Notes under the pieces: generated by a model | Databases searched by the model: none | Told to the model about the DNA's origin: nothing | Seen by the model: only the letters and a program-made list of their open reading frames with translations | Part shown: positions 26,111 to 36,321 of the stretch, piece by piece | Layout of the letters: every line of letters starts with the position of its first letter | Position numbering within the stretch: the first letter of the stretch is position 1 | Translations under genes and position numbers: made by a program | IMG/VR virus record: IMGVR_UViG_2891785506_000002 | Span: 2,420 to 66,419 of that record | Reading direction: 5' to 3' (one strand) | Length of the DNA stretch: 64,000 nucleotides | DNA from: a virus | Lineage: Duplodnaviria; Caudoviricetes

Positions 26111-26416
26111 TTATAACGAGTTGCTAGTTAAATTATTGGTTGCTATGTCGTTGCTACATTGTTTATAATAAGTTGCTAAAATGTAGCTGTGTTTCTTGCG
26201 GTTATCTAGCGTGTTTTTTAACTTGTTTACCCCTTGCCGGGTAATATGCAAGTAAGTTGCCGTTAGCGTGTCGGAGAAACCTAAATTAGACAACAAGCTT
26301 ACAAGAATACTTCTAGCATCGACGTGGTCTTGTTTCTTGCTATATATTAAATCGTTGCCGTCTATTCCTGTTCTCTCCGAGATAATTTTTACCACCTTGT
26401 TGAAAATTTTTTCCAT
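26111..26416 (-). CDS. DnaA C-terminal-like HTH regulator
   Basis: VVKIISERTGI....L..SKKQD.VDARSILV.LL...G.S....A.YL..TRQ.V. Likely start is ATG 26416. Confidence 0.65.
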   Translation of the reverse strand: MEKIFNKVVKIISERTGIDGNDLIYSKKQDHVDARSILVSLLSNLGFSDTLTATYLHITRQGVNKLKNTLDNRKKHSYILATYYKQCSNDIATNNLTSNSL

Positions 26417-26532
26417 TTTTCTTGTTTTTAGTGTAACAAATAAAAATCCTGTCCGTAAAACTTTCAACTTTGAGAGAGAAAGCTACGAACAGGATTGGGT
26501 GGTGCTAATTCTTTAGAGAGGTTCTCTCTCTT

Positions 26533-27069
26533 TTATATTTTTATAAGCCTAAGTTTCCGGAGTATTTTAATAATGGAAGGCACGCTTAACCCGGCTAACA
26601 AGATAACCAGCCACCACAAGGATCTAGGAACCCTATACCTCTCTTTAACCACTTCAACCGGGTAAGGTTCCCTGATAGTATCTCGTTGGCTTACATAGAT
26701 GGTATCCCGGCTATATCTGTCCCTGTACACGGTTTTCGTCCTGTCCCTGTACACGGTGTCGCCCTTTACAAGCACGAACACGCTATCCTTCTCGTGGATG
26801 CTGTCCACTCTAAACCTATCCACGTATTCCGTCTTCGTTTCCGTTGTTTTAACGGGGATGTACTTAATACTATCGCAAGAAACAATAAAAAGAGCCATGA
26901 AAAATAACAAAAACAGCCTTCCTTTCAGTGATTTTGATTGATATAGGGCTAGAACATCATTCCCATACGCTCCAAGTTCCCCGCTAGGATCGGGATGTCC
27001 GTTCGTGATTATCTCGAAATGGGGAATATTCACGACACGAGGTTTAAAATTTGTTTCTAACTTTTTCAC
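26533..27069 (-). CDS. Spanin-like lipoprotein with C-terminal TM helix
   Basis: Hydrophobic stretch ending in lipobox IVSC, beta-rich middle, C-terminal WWLVILLAGL TM; follows the endolysin. Start uncertain. Confidence 0.55.
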   Translation of the reverse strand: MKKLETNFKPRVVNIPHFEIITNGHPDPSGELGAYGNDVLALYQSKSLKGRLFLLFFMALFIVSCDSIKYIPVKTTETKTEYVDRFRVDSIHEKDSVFVLVKGDTVYRDRTKTVYRDRYSRDTIYVSQRDTIREPYPVEVVKERYRVPRSLWWLVILLAGLSVPSIIKILRKLRLIKI

Positions 27070-27521
27070 TGCACGTACTTTTTGTAATTAGCGATAAACT
27101 CTTCCTCCTTCCCTTTGCCTAAAGGCGTGTTGTAATAGCGCTTCCAGTAAGTAGCCCATCCTTCTAGGTTGCTCGGTATTGCCTTCTTTACACGTAAATA
27201 ATGCACCCGTGCCATGCAAATTGCTAGCAAGTCGTTGTTCTCTATATCCTCCGCTTTAAAACGGGACACACGAGCGGCACGTTCAATTTTTGCCGCCAGT
27301 TCCGGTTTATACCGGAGATAATTATTCACGATGTCGTTGAAAGTTGCCGGCTCCATCTGGAATATCCCCAATGCCGGACCTCCTCCTATTTGTTTCCTGT
27401 ACTTGCCTAGACGGCTCTCTTGCGCTGCCGTGCCCATTAACAAGTTCACGGCATTGTCCGAGTAAAGTCCTATTTCCTTCAAAACGGACGTTATCAAGTT
27501 TCTAATCGTCACCTTGTTCAT
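27066..27521 (-). CDS. Endolysin (lysozyme-like fold)
   Basis: GTAAQES.LG.Y..QIGGGPALGIFQMEP.T and W..YWKRYYNT..GKG; lysis-module position. Confidence 0.8.
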   Translation of the reverse strand: MNKVTIRNLITSVLKEIGLYSDNAVNLLMGTAAQESRLGKYRKQIGGGPALGIFQMEPATFNDIVNNYLRYKPELAAKIERAARVSRFKAEDIENNDLLAICMARVHYLRVKKAIPSNLEGWATYWKRYYNTPLGKGKEEEFIANYKKYVQ

Positions 27522-27897
27522 TCACGAAGTTATTAGGTGGGACTCTTTTAAAACATCTCAAAGCTATATTGCACTTCAGAAACTCGAGCTCTTGTTTTTC
27601 AAGTTTCAATCGTGTTATCTCTTCCATGCTTTCACGTATTCGCAAGCGATCATCGTTTTTTTCCGAGTAAAGCTTGTCTATCTTCCCTTTAAGTTCTATA
27701 GCCTCGGCGTCCTTCTTGTCGTACAACTCCTTCCATTCATCGGCGTACTGGCTCGTGTATTCCGCTTCTGCCTTTACTGCCGCCGCAGTTTCTTTCCGCC
27801 TCTTGGAATTGTAAAACAAGAATATCCCGAGCAACGGTACAATTATTATTGTCACGACCTTGCTAATCAGATCTACGATTTCTTTTATCTCCTCCAT
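27502..27897 (-). CDS. Holin-like protein (N-terminal TM + coiled coil)
   Basis: One TM helix then a coiled coil; overlaps the endolysin start. Confidence 0.6.
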   Translation of the reverse strand: MEEIKEIVDLISKVVTIIIVPLLGIFLFYNSKRRKETAAAVKAEAEYTSQYADEWKELYDKKDAEAIELKGKIDKLYSEKNDDRLRIRESMEEITRLKLEKQELEFLKCNIALRCFKRVPPNNFVNEQGDD

Positions 27898-28078
27898 TTC
27901 ATTATTTTAAAATTTAGTTATACATTCGCGAAAAGGTTCTTCTGAACCTTGGTGCCTAGAGCGAAGTACCGGGATGGGAAACGCTCTTTTTTTTATGCCC
28001 TAGCGAAGATATTTCCCCGCTAGAGCCAATAGGTTAATTCCCGAGTTGGTTGTAGAACTCCATTATTTTCACCTCCAG

Positions 28079-28315
28079 TTACGGAAGGAAGTTAGACGGA
28101 AGGTTTGCCCCGTTAATGCTAGACACCATCTCGTTCACGCAGTCGTATGTGCCGTTAATGTTCACGTACGGGTTTCCATCTTCCTGCAAAGTTCCCTCGC
28201 AATAGAATGTAACATTCGTCGGGTTCGCGCTTTGATCGTACTCTGCCGATAAATGCACGTTTACTCCTTTAATAACATCGCTAGCAGATGCTTGTGTTTT
28301 GTAATTAATTTCCAT
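28079..28315 (-). CDS. Small tail-associated protein (possible premature stop)
   Basis: 78 aa; the frame continues 14 codons past the TAA to 28034. Confidence 0.55.
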   Translation of the reverse strand: MEINYKTQASASDVIKGVNVHLSAEYDQSANPTNVTFYCEGTLQEDGNPYVNINGTYDCVNEMVSSINGANLPSNFLP

Positions 28316-28332
28316 GATTATAAATTTTTAAA

Positions 28333-28680
28333 TTAAACGTTTTCTTTCTCCACAACAAGGTCATCTATCTTGTAGAATAGACTCTTGTTGCGCCCTGTTA
28401 TACATTTCGATTCATCGGCAAAGTCAAGGACAACTCTCTTTAAAGTTTCGGCCTCAATTCCGATTAACTCGATATCCTTCTCGAAGTCTTTCCCCGGGTT
28501 AAAAGTATTCTCCCCTTCCTTGTGTATCTCTCCTCGTTCTATTTCCTCGTTGGAAAATTCCACCTTCGGCACGAAGTTATCGAGCACTTTTCTTTCCTGA
28601 AAAGAACTCCCGGCTACTTTTATTAGCCCGAGTAGGTTTAATCTCTCTACAATGTTTAGTTTTAATGTTTGCGTTTCCAT
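28333..28680 (-). CDS. Tail-associated hypothetical protein
   Basis: 115-aa ORF directly downstream of the tail protein. Confidence 0.6.
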   Translation of the reverse strand: METQTLKLNIVERLNLLGLIKVAGSSFQERKVLDNFVPKVEFSNEEIERGEIHKEGENTFNPGKDFEKDIELIGIEAETLKRVVLDFADESKCITGRNKSLFYKIDDLVVEKENV

Positions 28681-28701
28681 GTTATTGTTATTAATTTAAT
28701 T

Positions 28702-31700
28702 TTAGAATGTTATTCCCGTCGTGTGTTCTGATCTTACTATCCAGCAATTAGTCCCATTGTATTTTCCTATATATTGGCACACCGCAGTGACTTTAATACC
28801 TCCACTTGTAGCGCTTATTTCAGCCCAAGGGGAAAAGCTGCCTCCTTGTAAAATTCGATCATTCCCATTACCAATTATTCCAACAGCATAACCCGTTAAA
28901 GGAATTATTCTAACAACATGTCCTGGCTTAATGTATCCACTAGCAGGGAGAGTAACGTTTATCTTACTAGAATTAGCACACACGACAACGGTCTGATACG
29001 CGTTTAACACTATCCCCGTGTTAACAAATAGTACGGACGAAGGGATATAACCACATCCTCCGACTGTATAACAATAGTTACTCATTCTTAAGTCGTGCCA
29101 ATCGGAAGCTATTTCTATCGATCCATTTTCCACGTAAATGTCCCCATTTTTCGAATGCAAGGCACGGGCTGGAGTTTGGGATCCGTAATTGCCTGAATTA
29201 TTCCAATATGGATTTTCAGCGTACAACTCTAGAGCCGTGACATTGGCTAAGTAATTACCCGTGGTGTGTTTAGCGACTATTTCTAATCCAAGAATGCTTG
29301 CGTTATCTCGCAATACCCGTATTAATCCCGCTTGAACGATCCCGCTAGACAATGGCAGAATCCCAGTACTTTCCGGAGATATTACCATACCACCATCGCC
29401 GAACAACTTGGAACCTTTCGCGTTATCTGAATCAACAAATGGTGAAACAAATTCTTTACTTTGGAATCCAGATGCCGTTATTACCCATCCTGAAATCATG
29501 TTTTTACTTCCTATCTGGAAAATAGGGTCACTTACATTCCCATCAATCCCCTTTAGTCCCCAATCGCTCGCGCTTATGTAGAACATCTCCACGTAATGCG
29601 AGGCATCCTTGTAAGCTTTAAATGACCTCTCCTCGCCTGTCGATGTTATCTTCACCCCCGGACCGATACCAAAGTCTTTACCGCCAATTACCTTGTAATC
29701 CTGAAACGAAAACCCGGCAACGGCGAGCATGTTGGCACTAATCGAGTTCGCTTTCAGGATATTGGTTTTCAACTTGTCTATAAAACCATCAACCGCGATC
29801 AAGGCATCTGCCGTGAGCAATGCCGTGTTTATCATTCCTGCCTTGACAAGTGGTCCTTTGGTTACAGCGTTTGCTTTTAACGCCTCGAAATTTGTAAACC
29901 CGAGTTGAGCCGCGAAAGAATCTTTCGTCGTGATCTCCACGTCCGCGTAACCGTCCGCCGTTTGGTCTATAACTGTGGCATAATCCACGAACCACTCTAA
30001 TGGATTACCCGATGGCTTCACCGGACCAGAAAGGCAAAGGAAATTAATCGTACTAAAAGTACCAGTTGGACCGCAAGTTTCTTTAAAAATATACCTTTCA
30101 AACTTTTCGGTTCCTGTCATTGGCGTTAATGCCTCTTGTTTATATCCATCGCCATGAGCGTTATGAATATTTCTAAGCGTGTATCCGACCGGAATTTTAG
30201 CACTAACCTCCACGACAAATACCGCGTTAGCTCTCGAATTGTGCCCGAAATAAAATCCCCCCAAATGACTTGTTGTCGTACCACCGTAAGCCTTTATATA
30301 TAAACACCATTCAGAATCAGCATAAGGCGATCCGACTAATTCGTTCTTTATATGCAAAGCGGTATCCGAATCAAACGAGTTTGAAGCAGTTTGCCCTGTA
30401 GATTTACGAACCCTGTGAATCTCCACTACACCGCCGTTATTTTGCGCATTGTATGTTCTGGTTCCATTCAACCCCAGCTTAAACTCCGGGTCCTTGTATA
30501 GCATCTTTCCGTTAATAGATCCCCCGGGTTTCCCTTGGGCTCCCGTCGCACCGGTTGCCCCCTTAAACGCTATCGAGTACGAGAACACCTTGGTAAACAC
30601 CTTACCATCCACTGTAACTGGGATTTTAACCGTCCCGCTTGCAGTTTTCATGCTCGTTGTTACGGTAAAGGTAATAACGGGTGCCGTGGTGCCGTTGCTT
30701 GCCACACTTGCCGTCATACCCGCTGGTAACCCAGTTATCGTGCCGATAGTAGCAACTACTTGCGTCGCCCCCTTGTATGCAGTAACACCACATGTAGTAG
30801 AGCCAGCCAATGCCGCTGCCGTGGAACCAGCAAAGGCGTGCGATTCATTGCCAAGCAACACCGTGTAGGCGTCTTTCCCTGCAGCTCCCGTCGCTCCGGT
30901 AGCACCATCCGCCAACTTCGCTATCGTAAAACTATCGGACAACTTCTCGTCCCCGTTACAGATACACCGGAATGTCCTAACATTCGTACCGGAAGGGAAA
31001 AATGTAGTATTACCCGGGGAAACGGTATAAGTCGAGGATGTCGCACCGCTTATGTTCGTCCACGTGCTGCCATTAAGGTATTGCCACTGGTAAGAAGTAG
31101 GGGTAAAATTCCTCGGGATTGCCGTTAACACGATGCTCGCCGGGGTTGGCGTACCAGTATAACCTGCCCCGTACTTGAACACTTGCGATGGGGCGGTAAC
31201 ATCTACTGTTTTGGCGATAGCGTCCTGAATCGCTTGCTCCATGTCTTCCGGGGCTTGCACCCAATCTAAAGGTGGCTTTATATGTCCCTCGTAAAGACAA
31301 GCCCATTTTATCGTTGCAGGGTTGGCTGAAGAACCGGAAGAAGGAAAATTGTAAATATTTATTTTTCTCTTGTAAATTTCTTGTACAGTTGATGCGGTAA
31401 TGTGGATAAAAGCAACTTCACCACTCATGTCGACTGGGAGATATCCAGCCAAGGCATTTCCATCATTAAACCAAACTCCAAATTTTTGTCCTCCTGTCGT
31501 TGTCCCTCTTAACACTAACGTGTATTTCCCGCCAGTAATGAGGTCTATAGATGTGTAATAGTTTTTTATGTTATAGGAATTGTTTGTTACCTCTTTCCCA
31601 GAGTCCAAAAACAAGTTTCTAACCCCTATCTGTATCCCGTCCACCTTGTTCGTTGCATCCTGTTCCGCCAACTCTTTAATCCGGTCCTGTATCGCCTTGT

Positions 31701-34700
31701 CCGCTTCCCCGACCCTTGTTTTGTAAGTAGAAAGCGCCGTGTTATAAGCGGTGAATTTAGCGTTCACGTCCGCTTTCTCCGCTGCCGTTGCCTTCCCGTC
31801 AGCGATAGCGGTATTGATCGAGGATATTAAGTTGGCGTGTGCCGTGTTATAAGCAGTTTTGGCACTAGCGAGATTTGTTTTAGCTGTTCCGATTAGATAG
31901 GCGTTAGCGTACAACTTGGTATAGTAAGCGTCTATATCCGCTTTCTCGGCGTTAAGGATGTTTATATTCGACGCTATCGCCTTCGCCTCCGCCTCGTCAA
32001 TAATACCATCCTTAAAAGCCCCGGTAATCGTGGTATTAAGGTTTGTAACCGCATCGCTTACATCCTTAATATCCTTCGCCACGTCACCGGGAGAGGGTGA
32101 GTAAGAAGAAGGAGCGGTGAAGCCCTCGACGAGCATTACTTCCGAGAACTTCACGGAATTGCCAGCGGTGGAGCCGTATTTCCCAGCGAATAGACATAAT
32201 CTACCCTCTCCATCGGTAAAGTTATTAGTAGTTATAAGAATGCCACCGGAAATACTTAGTAAACCTGCATATTCAACGTTAGCATTAGCATTCCTTATTT
32301 CAGCTTTATATTCTGTTGGAGTTCCAACCAAATTCTCTGCCTTGAACGACAAGTGATAAACCGTATTAGGCTTTAATTTAGGTATTACTAATGCTTTAAA
32401 GTAAGTATTGTTTGTACCTGCATTCACCGTCACCTCTTCCCCCCCGTCAACCAGGTTAACATTGCTCTGCCCCGTTAGGTCTTCCGTGGCAACGGGTATC
32501 TCGGGTAATGGCTTGTTGCCCTCGAATAAGCCGAGGGAGTAAACTAAAACATTATTATAAGAATTGATGTAACAAACTATTTTCTGTATAGTTTTATTCT
32601 TGTCCGTTATTAAATCAACTCTTTTCTTTGTGTTTGAACCTGACATTGGAATGGCAGAACGTGTCCCATCCGTGTATATAACATATAATGTCGCCCCCGA
32701 TTTATTTTCACTATTTTTGCAATCTATACTTATTACATATTGTGTATTTGGCTTGTAAGAGCCAATAAATATATCTTGTGCATTATTTATATTTGCTGTG
32801 ACATCTACCGCCAACCCTACACCTGCCATGGCAGATAGATTCCATTTTAAATACACCCCATCCGCATCCTGTCCCCACACCGCTATATCCTTGTTCTTCT
32901 CGTTCCAAGCAAGCATCATTTTGCGGGAGATAAGGTTTACTGATCCGATTTGGAGATTATCTACCGACTCCTCTGCCACCTTCTGTGCTATAGTGTTGGC
33001 GAATGCCGTCCTCTCCGAGTAATAATTGGCAAAGTCTTGGTTGTACTCTGTCTTCTGCGCCACGGTCAGTGATGTGTCTATATTCTGCGACAACTTAACC
33101 GTGTTCGTTAAAAAAGTACTAAGAGTGTTGTAAGCATTCTGTAAGGCGGTTATAGAAACTCCGTACTTCGTCGCCTGTGCTTGATAAGATGTAAATTCCT
33201 TCTGTATCTGGTTCCACGTGTCCCGGAGAGATGCTTTTTCTTCTTTGGAGATAACCCCATCATCCGCCATTTTAGCAAGCCGAAGCATTGTATCGTTAAA
33301 CAGCTCCCAATCGGCGGCAGAACCTTGCATCCCGTCCATCTTCTGTGCCCGGCAAATGTACATGGAACCATCTTCTTTAATCCACAAATCGTCGATGTTA
33401 TAGGCGGGGGTAGGAACGTTATTGGAATAAGTAATAGAGTTTTTCTTCCCTACTGTCCCTGTCAACTCCCGCAGCTTAACCTCCAGTTCCGCCGACACGC
33501 TGTCTGCCACCTTTTCCCACTTGTAAACACCATCAACAAAACGGAAATTGTACCTGCTGGATACCGTGTTTCCCTCGCTGTCCGTGGTGTAATAGATGTA
33601 AGTATCTCCCACGTGCTTGGCTCTCTCGTCCCTTCCTGTTTCTTCATCAAACCACTCGTTAGCCGGGTAATTGTTTAGAGTCGGTTCGACCTCCCCGTCC
33701 CAGCTCTGTATAGCCCCGTCAAGCTGGTTTTGCATATCGGGGATGATAATTCCTGTTAAGTTATCCACGACGGATTGGATGGCGTCAGTGGCATCCTTGG
33801 CGTCTTGAATGGCTTGCTGGTTATCCTTTATGTCTTTGTTTATCCCGTTAATCACGTCGCTAAACTCCCCGTGCCTCGTGAAGAGCCCTATTCTGGTTTG
33901 ATCCTCCGGGTCGACTCCGATTCTCAATACCCATTTATCGGACAAGTCGTAACTATTCACCCCGGCGTATATCGTTCTTCCGGCATCGTCCGGGAATGAA
34001 GAGTCCATCACTACCCATTGCAAGTAAGGATCTGTCCTGTGCCCGAACTGCACCACGTCATCACCCACGGCGGGAACTCCCGAACCGGTGTCGCAATCCG
34101 TTTTCGAGAGGTCGGCATAGTTTTCTCCTATCCCCGTTACTAGACGCCAGTAGTATTTCTGTGTCCCGTTGCCGTAATTATTGCATCTCGCTTGCGCACC
34201 AACCGTGAAATCGTTCGTCTGACCGTCTTCCGTTTCCATGTAAAGACGCCAGTAATCGGCATATTCCTCGACCTTGCTTACCTTCATCCCGGCAGGGGAT
34301 AAGCATTGCCTACCACCTCGCCAGTACATTTTAGAAACAACAAGCGCCAACACCTCTATGTACTTTCTAAACACCCCTCTATCCGTGTGTAACTCGGATT
34401 TGTTGACAATACCCGTACCTGCTCCCGTCATCCCGGCGATAAAATCATCCGTCATCAACCCGCCCGTGATCGTTATCACTCGACCGAGAATATCCCGGAA
34501 CTCCGCATCTCCCAACGCATCGATTATCCAGCCCTTTATCTTACTCTCGAACTCGGTGGATTGAAGGCTCTTGAATTTTACATCGTCGAAGGTATGCAAC
34601 TCTTGATCAAACCATTTCACTCTCCACGACTCCACCCACGTGCCAAAAAGGCTTTTAGCTTGATCTAACGTGATACCCGTGTTGTTGGCAATCTGGCTGA

Positions 34701-36321
34701 TAGAATTCTGTATCTTGTCTATCGTGCTAGCCACCCTGTCATTAAACAAGGTAATTTCATATTCCGGAACCGAACCTCCCTCTTTTATAACCAAAGACTG
34801 GATTATCACGCTGGCATCAATACCTAGATCTACATCCTTGAAATCAAATATATCTCCCTCTTTTATGGAATCGTGAAGTTCGGGGTGTCTTGCCATAAAC
34901 ACATTGTCGATTTTAGGGACATAAGTATACTTGCTCTTGTCATTCTCTGCCAAATACTTCTTGGCGGCAGCGAGAAGTCGTTGTTCGGCAGCCTTTATAT
35001 AAATCTCGTCCATCGATATACCAATGAAAACGAAATAATCTCCAGCTGATATTTGATAAGGTATATTAGGGAACACGATATTAATGGAACTATCCGCTTC
35101 CCTGTTACACGTTAAAATATAATTATTATTTTTTTTCTCACATCCCGTTATTTCAAACTCACGCCCGCCACACATGCCACTTTTCATCACTATTTTAGGC
35201 GTTTCTCCCACTACTAGATGCTCTTGATCAACCGGATTGAAACCGATATCTTTCAGTGTCAACGTGAATGTCTTCTTTTTTATTTCTCCCTCTTCCGGTA
35301 TAACGCCATCATCCGTCATCTGTTCCGCCGTAACGACTTCATCTATCCGTCCCGTGGCATTCACGTTTTTGCCAGCTTCTTTCAAATCCTCTGCCGTCAC
35401 ACCCTCCAGGGAAGGATATATGTCTTGCAATTCCCCGCTTCCATCAAAAAACACGGATCCTTCTCTTATGCCGAACTCACTAATACTAGAAGAATCAACA
35501 TAGGCATCCCCTCCATTTTCCGCGAAACCGGGTAACATCAGATTCTTCACGTACATACTCTCGGGTATCAGTAAATTACCTTCCGAGTCTTTCAACTTGT
35601 TGTAATACCTGTAAGGCAAATTACGCTGGCTACCGTAAGCTCTCAACCTGGTAATAATCAAAGCGTCTTGATTAGTGCTCTGTTCTATATCGTACAACCC
35701 GTTTCCTTTCCCGTATCCAAAAACTTTCCCTACAGACATCCCGGCGGTGCCTATCTTTATCGTCCGTCCCTTTATAATAAAATTTGCGTCAAAGTCCGAA
35801 TTAACTAGCGATAAAGCTTCCCAGCAATTCTTTTTATCCACGACGATACTTTTATCCCTTACCGCCACTTCCTTTTCTACCGTTACCGTCCATTTCTTGT
35901 CCCCAGAGTACATCCTGTCAAGGTTAGCCTGTATCCGGTCGGCAAGATCATTAACCGTGGAAGCGTAAAAAGAGAAACTTGATAACCCGGAAAAATGAAC
36001 ATGATTATCCGCCAAAACGTAATCCAGAAAGTCACATCTTGTCAACTCGTCAGCAAGCGAGTTCATCTTCACGTCCCGGTACTCGAAAGCGTTACCCGAT
36101 TCCATCGGGTTACTATTCTTCACGGCAGATGGAGTGTAATTAAGAACGTATCTCTCTCCCCTGTATTCAAGGTAATCACCAATCTCGAACAATACAGGAG
36201 TTGGACTATTAAAATTAAACGTAACATAACTCTCCCCCATGAAAGTCCCGTTATAACTAAGACTCTCGATAATGCACCTTACTATATTCCCAGTTTTATC
36301 AAATACACTCCACATGGTCAC
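28702..36321 (-). CDS. Large baseplate-hub/tail-tip and host-specificity protein (2539 aa)
   Basis: N-terminal Tal-like region (GYGKGNGLYDI, TRLRAYGS.RNLP), repeated xNL...PED modules, collagen-like linkers; follows Dit. Confidence 0.85.
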   Translation of the reverse strand: MTMWSVFDKTGNIVRCIIESLSYNGTFMGESYVTFNFNSPTPVLFEIGDYLEYRGERYVLNYTPSAVKNSNPMESGNAFEYRDVKMNSLADELTRCDFLDYVLADNHVHFSGLSSFSFYASTVNDLADRIQANLDRMYSGDKKWTVTVEKEVAVRDKSIVVDKKNCWEALSLVNSDFDANFIIKGRTIKIGTAGMSVGKVFGYGKGNGLYDIEQSTNQDALIITRLRAYGSQRNLPYRYYNKLKDSEGNLLIPESMYVKNLMLPGFAENGGDAYVDSSSISEFGIREGSVFFDGSGELQDIYPSLEGVTAEDLKEAGKNVNATGRIDEVVTAEQMTDDGVIPEEGEIKKKTFTLTLKDIGFNPVDQEHLVVGETPKIVMKSGMCGGREFEITGCEKKNNNYILTCNREADSSINIVFPNIPYQISAGDYFVFIGISMDEIYIKAAEQRLLAAAKKYLAENDKSKYTYVPKIDNVFMARHPELHDSIKEGDIFDFKDVDLGIDASVIIQSLVIKEGGSVPEYEITLFNDRVASTIDKIQNSISQIANNTGITLDQAKSLFGTWVESWRVKWFDQELHTFDDVKFKSLQSTEFESKIKGWIIDALGDAEFRDILGRVITITGGLMTDDFIAGMTGAGTGIVNKSELHTDRGVFRKYIEVLALVVSKMYWRGGRQCLSPAGMKVSKVEEYADYWRLYMETEDGQTNDFTVGAQARCNNYGNGTQKYYWRLVTGIGENYADLSKTDCDTGSGVPAVGDDVVQFGHRTDPYLQWVVMDSSFPDDAGRTIYAGVNSYDLSDKWVLRIGVDPEDQTRIGLFTRHGEFSDVINGINKDIKDNQQAIQDAKDATDAIQSVVDNLTGIIIPDMQNQLDGAIQSWDGEVEPTLNNYPANEWFDEETGRDERAKHVGDTYIYYTTDSEGNTVSSRYNFRFVDGVYKWEKVADSVSAELEVKLRELTGTVGKKNSITYSNNVPTPAYNIDDLWIKEDGSMYICRAQKMDGMQGSAADWELFNDTMLRLAKMADDGVISKEEKASLRDTWNQIQKEFTSYQAQATKYGVSITALQNAYNTLSTFLTNTVKLSQNIDTSLTVAQKTEYNQDFANYYSERTAFANTIAQKVAEESVDNLQIGSVNLISRKMMLAWNEKNKDIAVWGQDADGVYLKWNLSAMAGVGLAVDVTANINNAQDIFIGSYKPNTQYVISIDCKNSENKSGATLYVIYTDGTRSAIPMSGSNTKKRVDLITDKNKTIQKIVCYINSYNNVLVYSLGLFEGNKPLPEIPVATEDLTGQSNVNLVDGGEEVTVNAGTNNTYFKALVIPKLKPNTVYHLSFKAENLVGTPTEYKAEIRNANANVEYAGLLSISGGILITTNNFTDGEGRLCLFAGKYGSTAGNSVKFSEVMLVEGFTAPSSYSPSPGDVAKDIKDVSDAVTNLNTTITGAFKDGIIDEAEAKAIASNINILNAEKADIDAYYTKLYANAYLIGTAKTNLASAKTAYNTAHANLISSINTAIADGKATAAEKADVNAKFTAYNTALSTYKTRVGEADKAIQDRIKELAEQDATNKVDGIQIGVRNLFLDSGKEVTNNSYNIKNYYTSIDLITGGKYTLVLRGTTTGGQKFGVWFNDGNALAGYLPVDMSGEVAFIHITASTVQEIYKRKINIYNFPSSGSSANPATIKWACLYEGHIKPPLDWVQAPEDMEQAIQDAIAKTVDVTAPSQVFKYGAGYTGTPTPASIVLTAIPRNFTPTSYQWQYLNGSTWTNISGATSSTYTVSPGNTTFFPSGTNVRTFRCICNGDEKLSDSFTIAKLADGATGATGAAGKDAYTVLLGNESHAFAGSTAAALAGSTTCGVTAYKGATQVVATIGTITGLPAGMTASVASNGTTAPVITFTVTTSMKTASGTVKIPVTVDGKVFTKVFSYSIAFKGATGATGAQGKPGGSINGKMLYKDPEFKLGLNGTRTYNAQNNGGVVEIHRVRKSTGQTASNSFDSDTALHIKNELVGSPYADSEWCLYIKAYGGTTTSHLGGFYFGHNSRANAVFVVEVSAKIPVGYTLRNIHNAHGDGYKQEALTPMTGTEKFERYIFKETCGPTGTFSTINFLCLSGPVKPSGNPLEWFVDYATVIDQTADGYADVEITTKDSFAAQLGFTNFEALKANAVTKGPLVKAGMINTALLTADALIAVDGFIDKLKTNILKANSISANMLAVAGFSFQDYKVIGGKDFGIGPGVKITSTGEERSFKAYKDASHYVEMFYISASDWGLKGIDGNVSDPIFQIGSKNMISGWVITASGFQSKEFVSPFVDSDNAKGSKLFGDGGMVISPESTGILPLSSGIVQAGLIRVLRDNASILGLEIVAKHTTGNYLANVTALELYAENPYWNNSGNYGSQTPARALHSKNGDIYVENGSIEIASDWHDLRMSNYCYTVGGCGYIPSSVLFVNTGIVLNAYQTVVVCANSSKINVTLPASGYIKPGHVVRIIPLTGYAVGIIGNGNDRILQGGSFSPWAEISATSGGIKVTAVCQYIGKYNGTNCWIVRSEHTTGITF

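Noticed and set aside
30520-30910. GATGATGA collagen-like DNA repeats as shufflon crossover sites
   Set aside because: Two short direct repeats in frame; no inverted copies or silent alternative cassettes.
28702-36321. Diversity-generating retroelement acting on the tail protein
   Set aside because: No reverse transcriptase ORF in the window and no template/variable repeat pair differing at adenines was seen.
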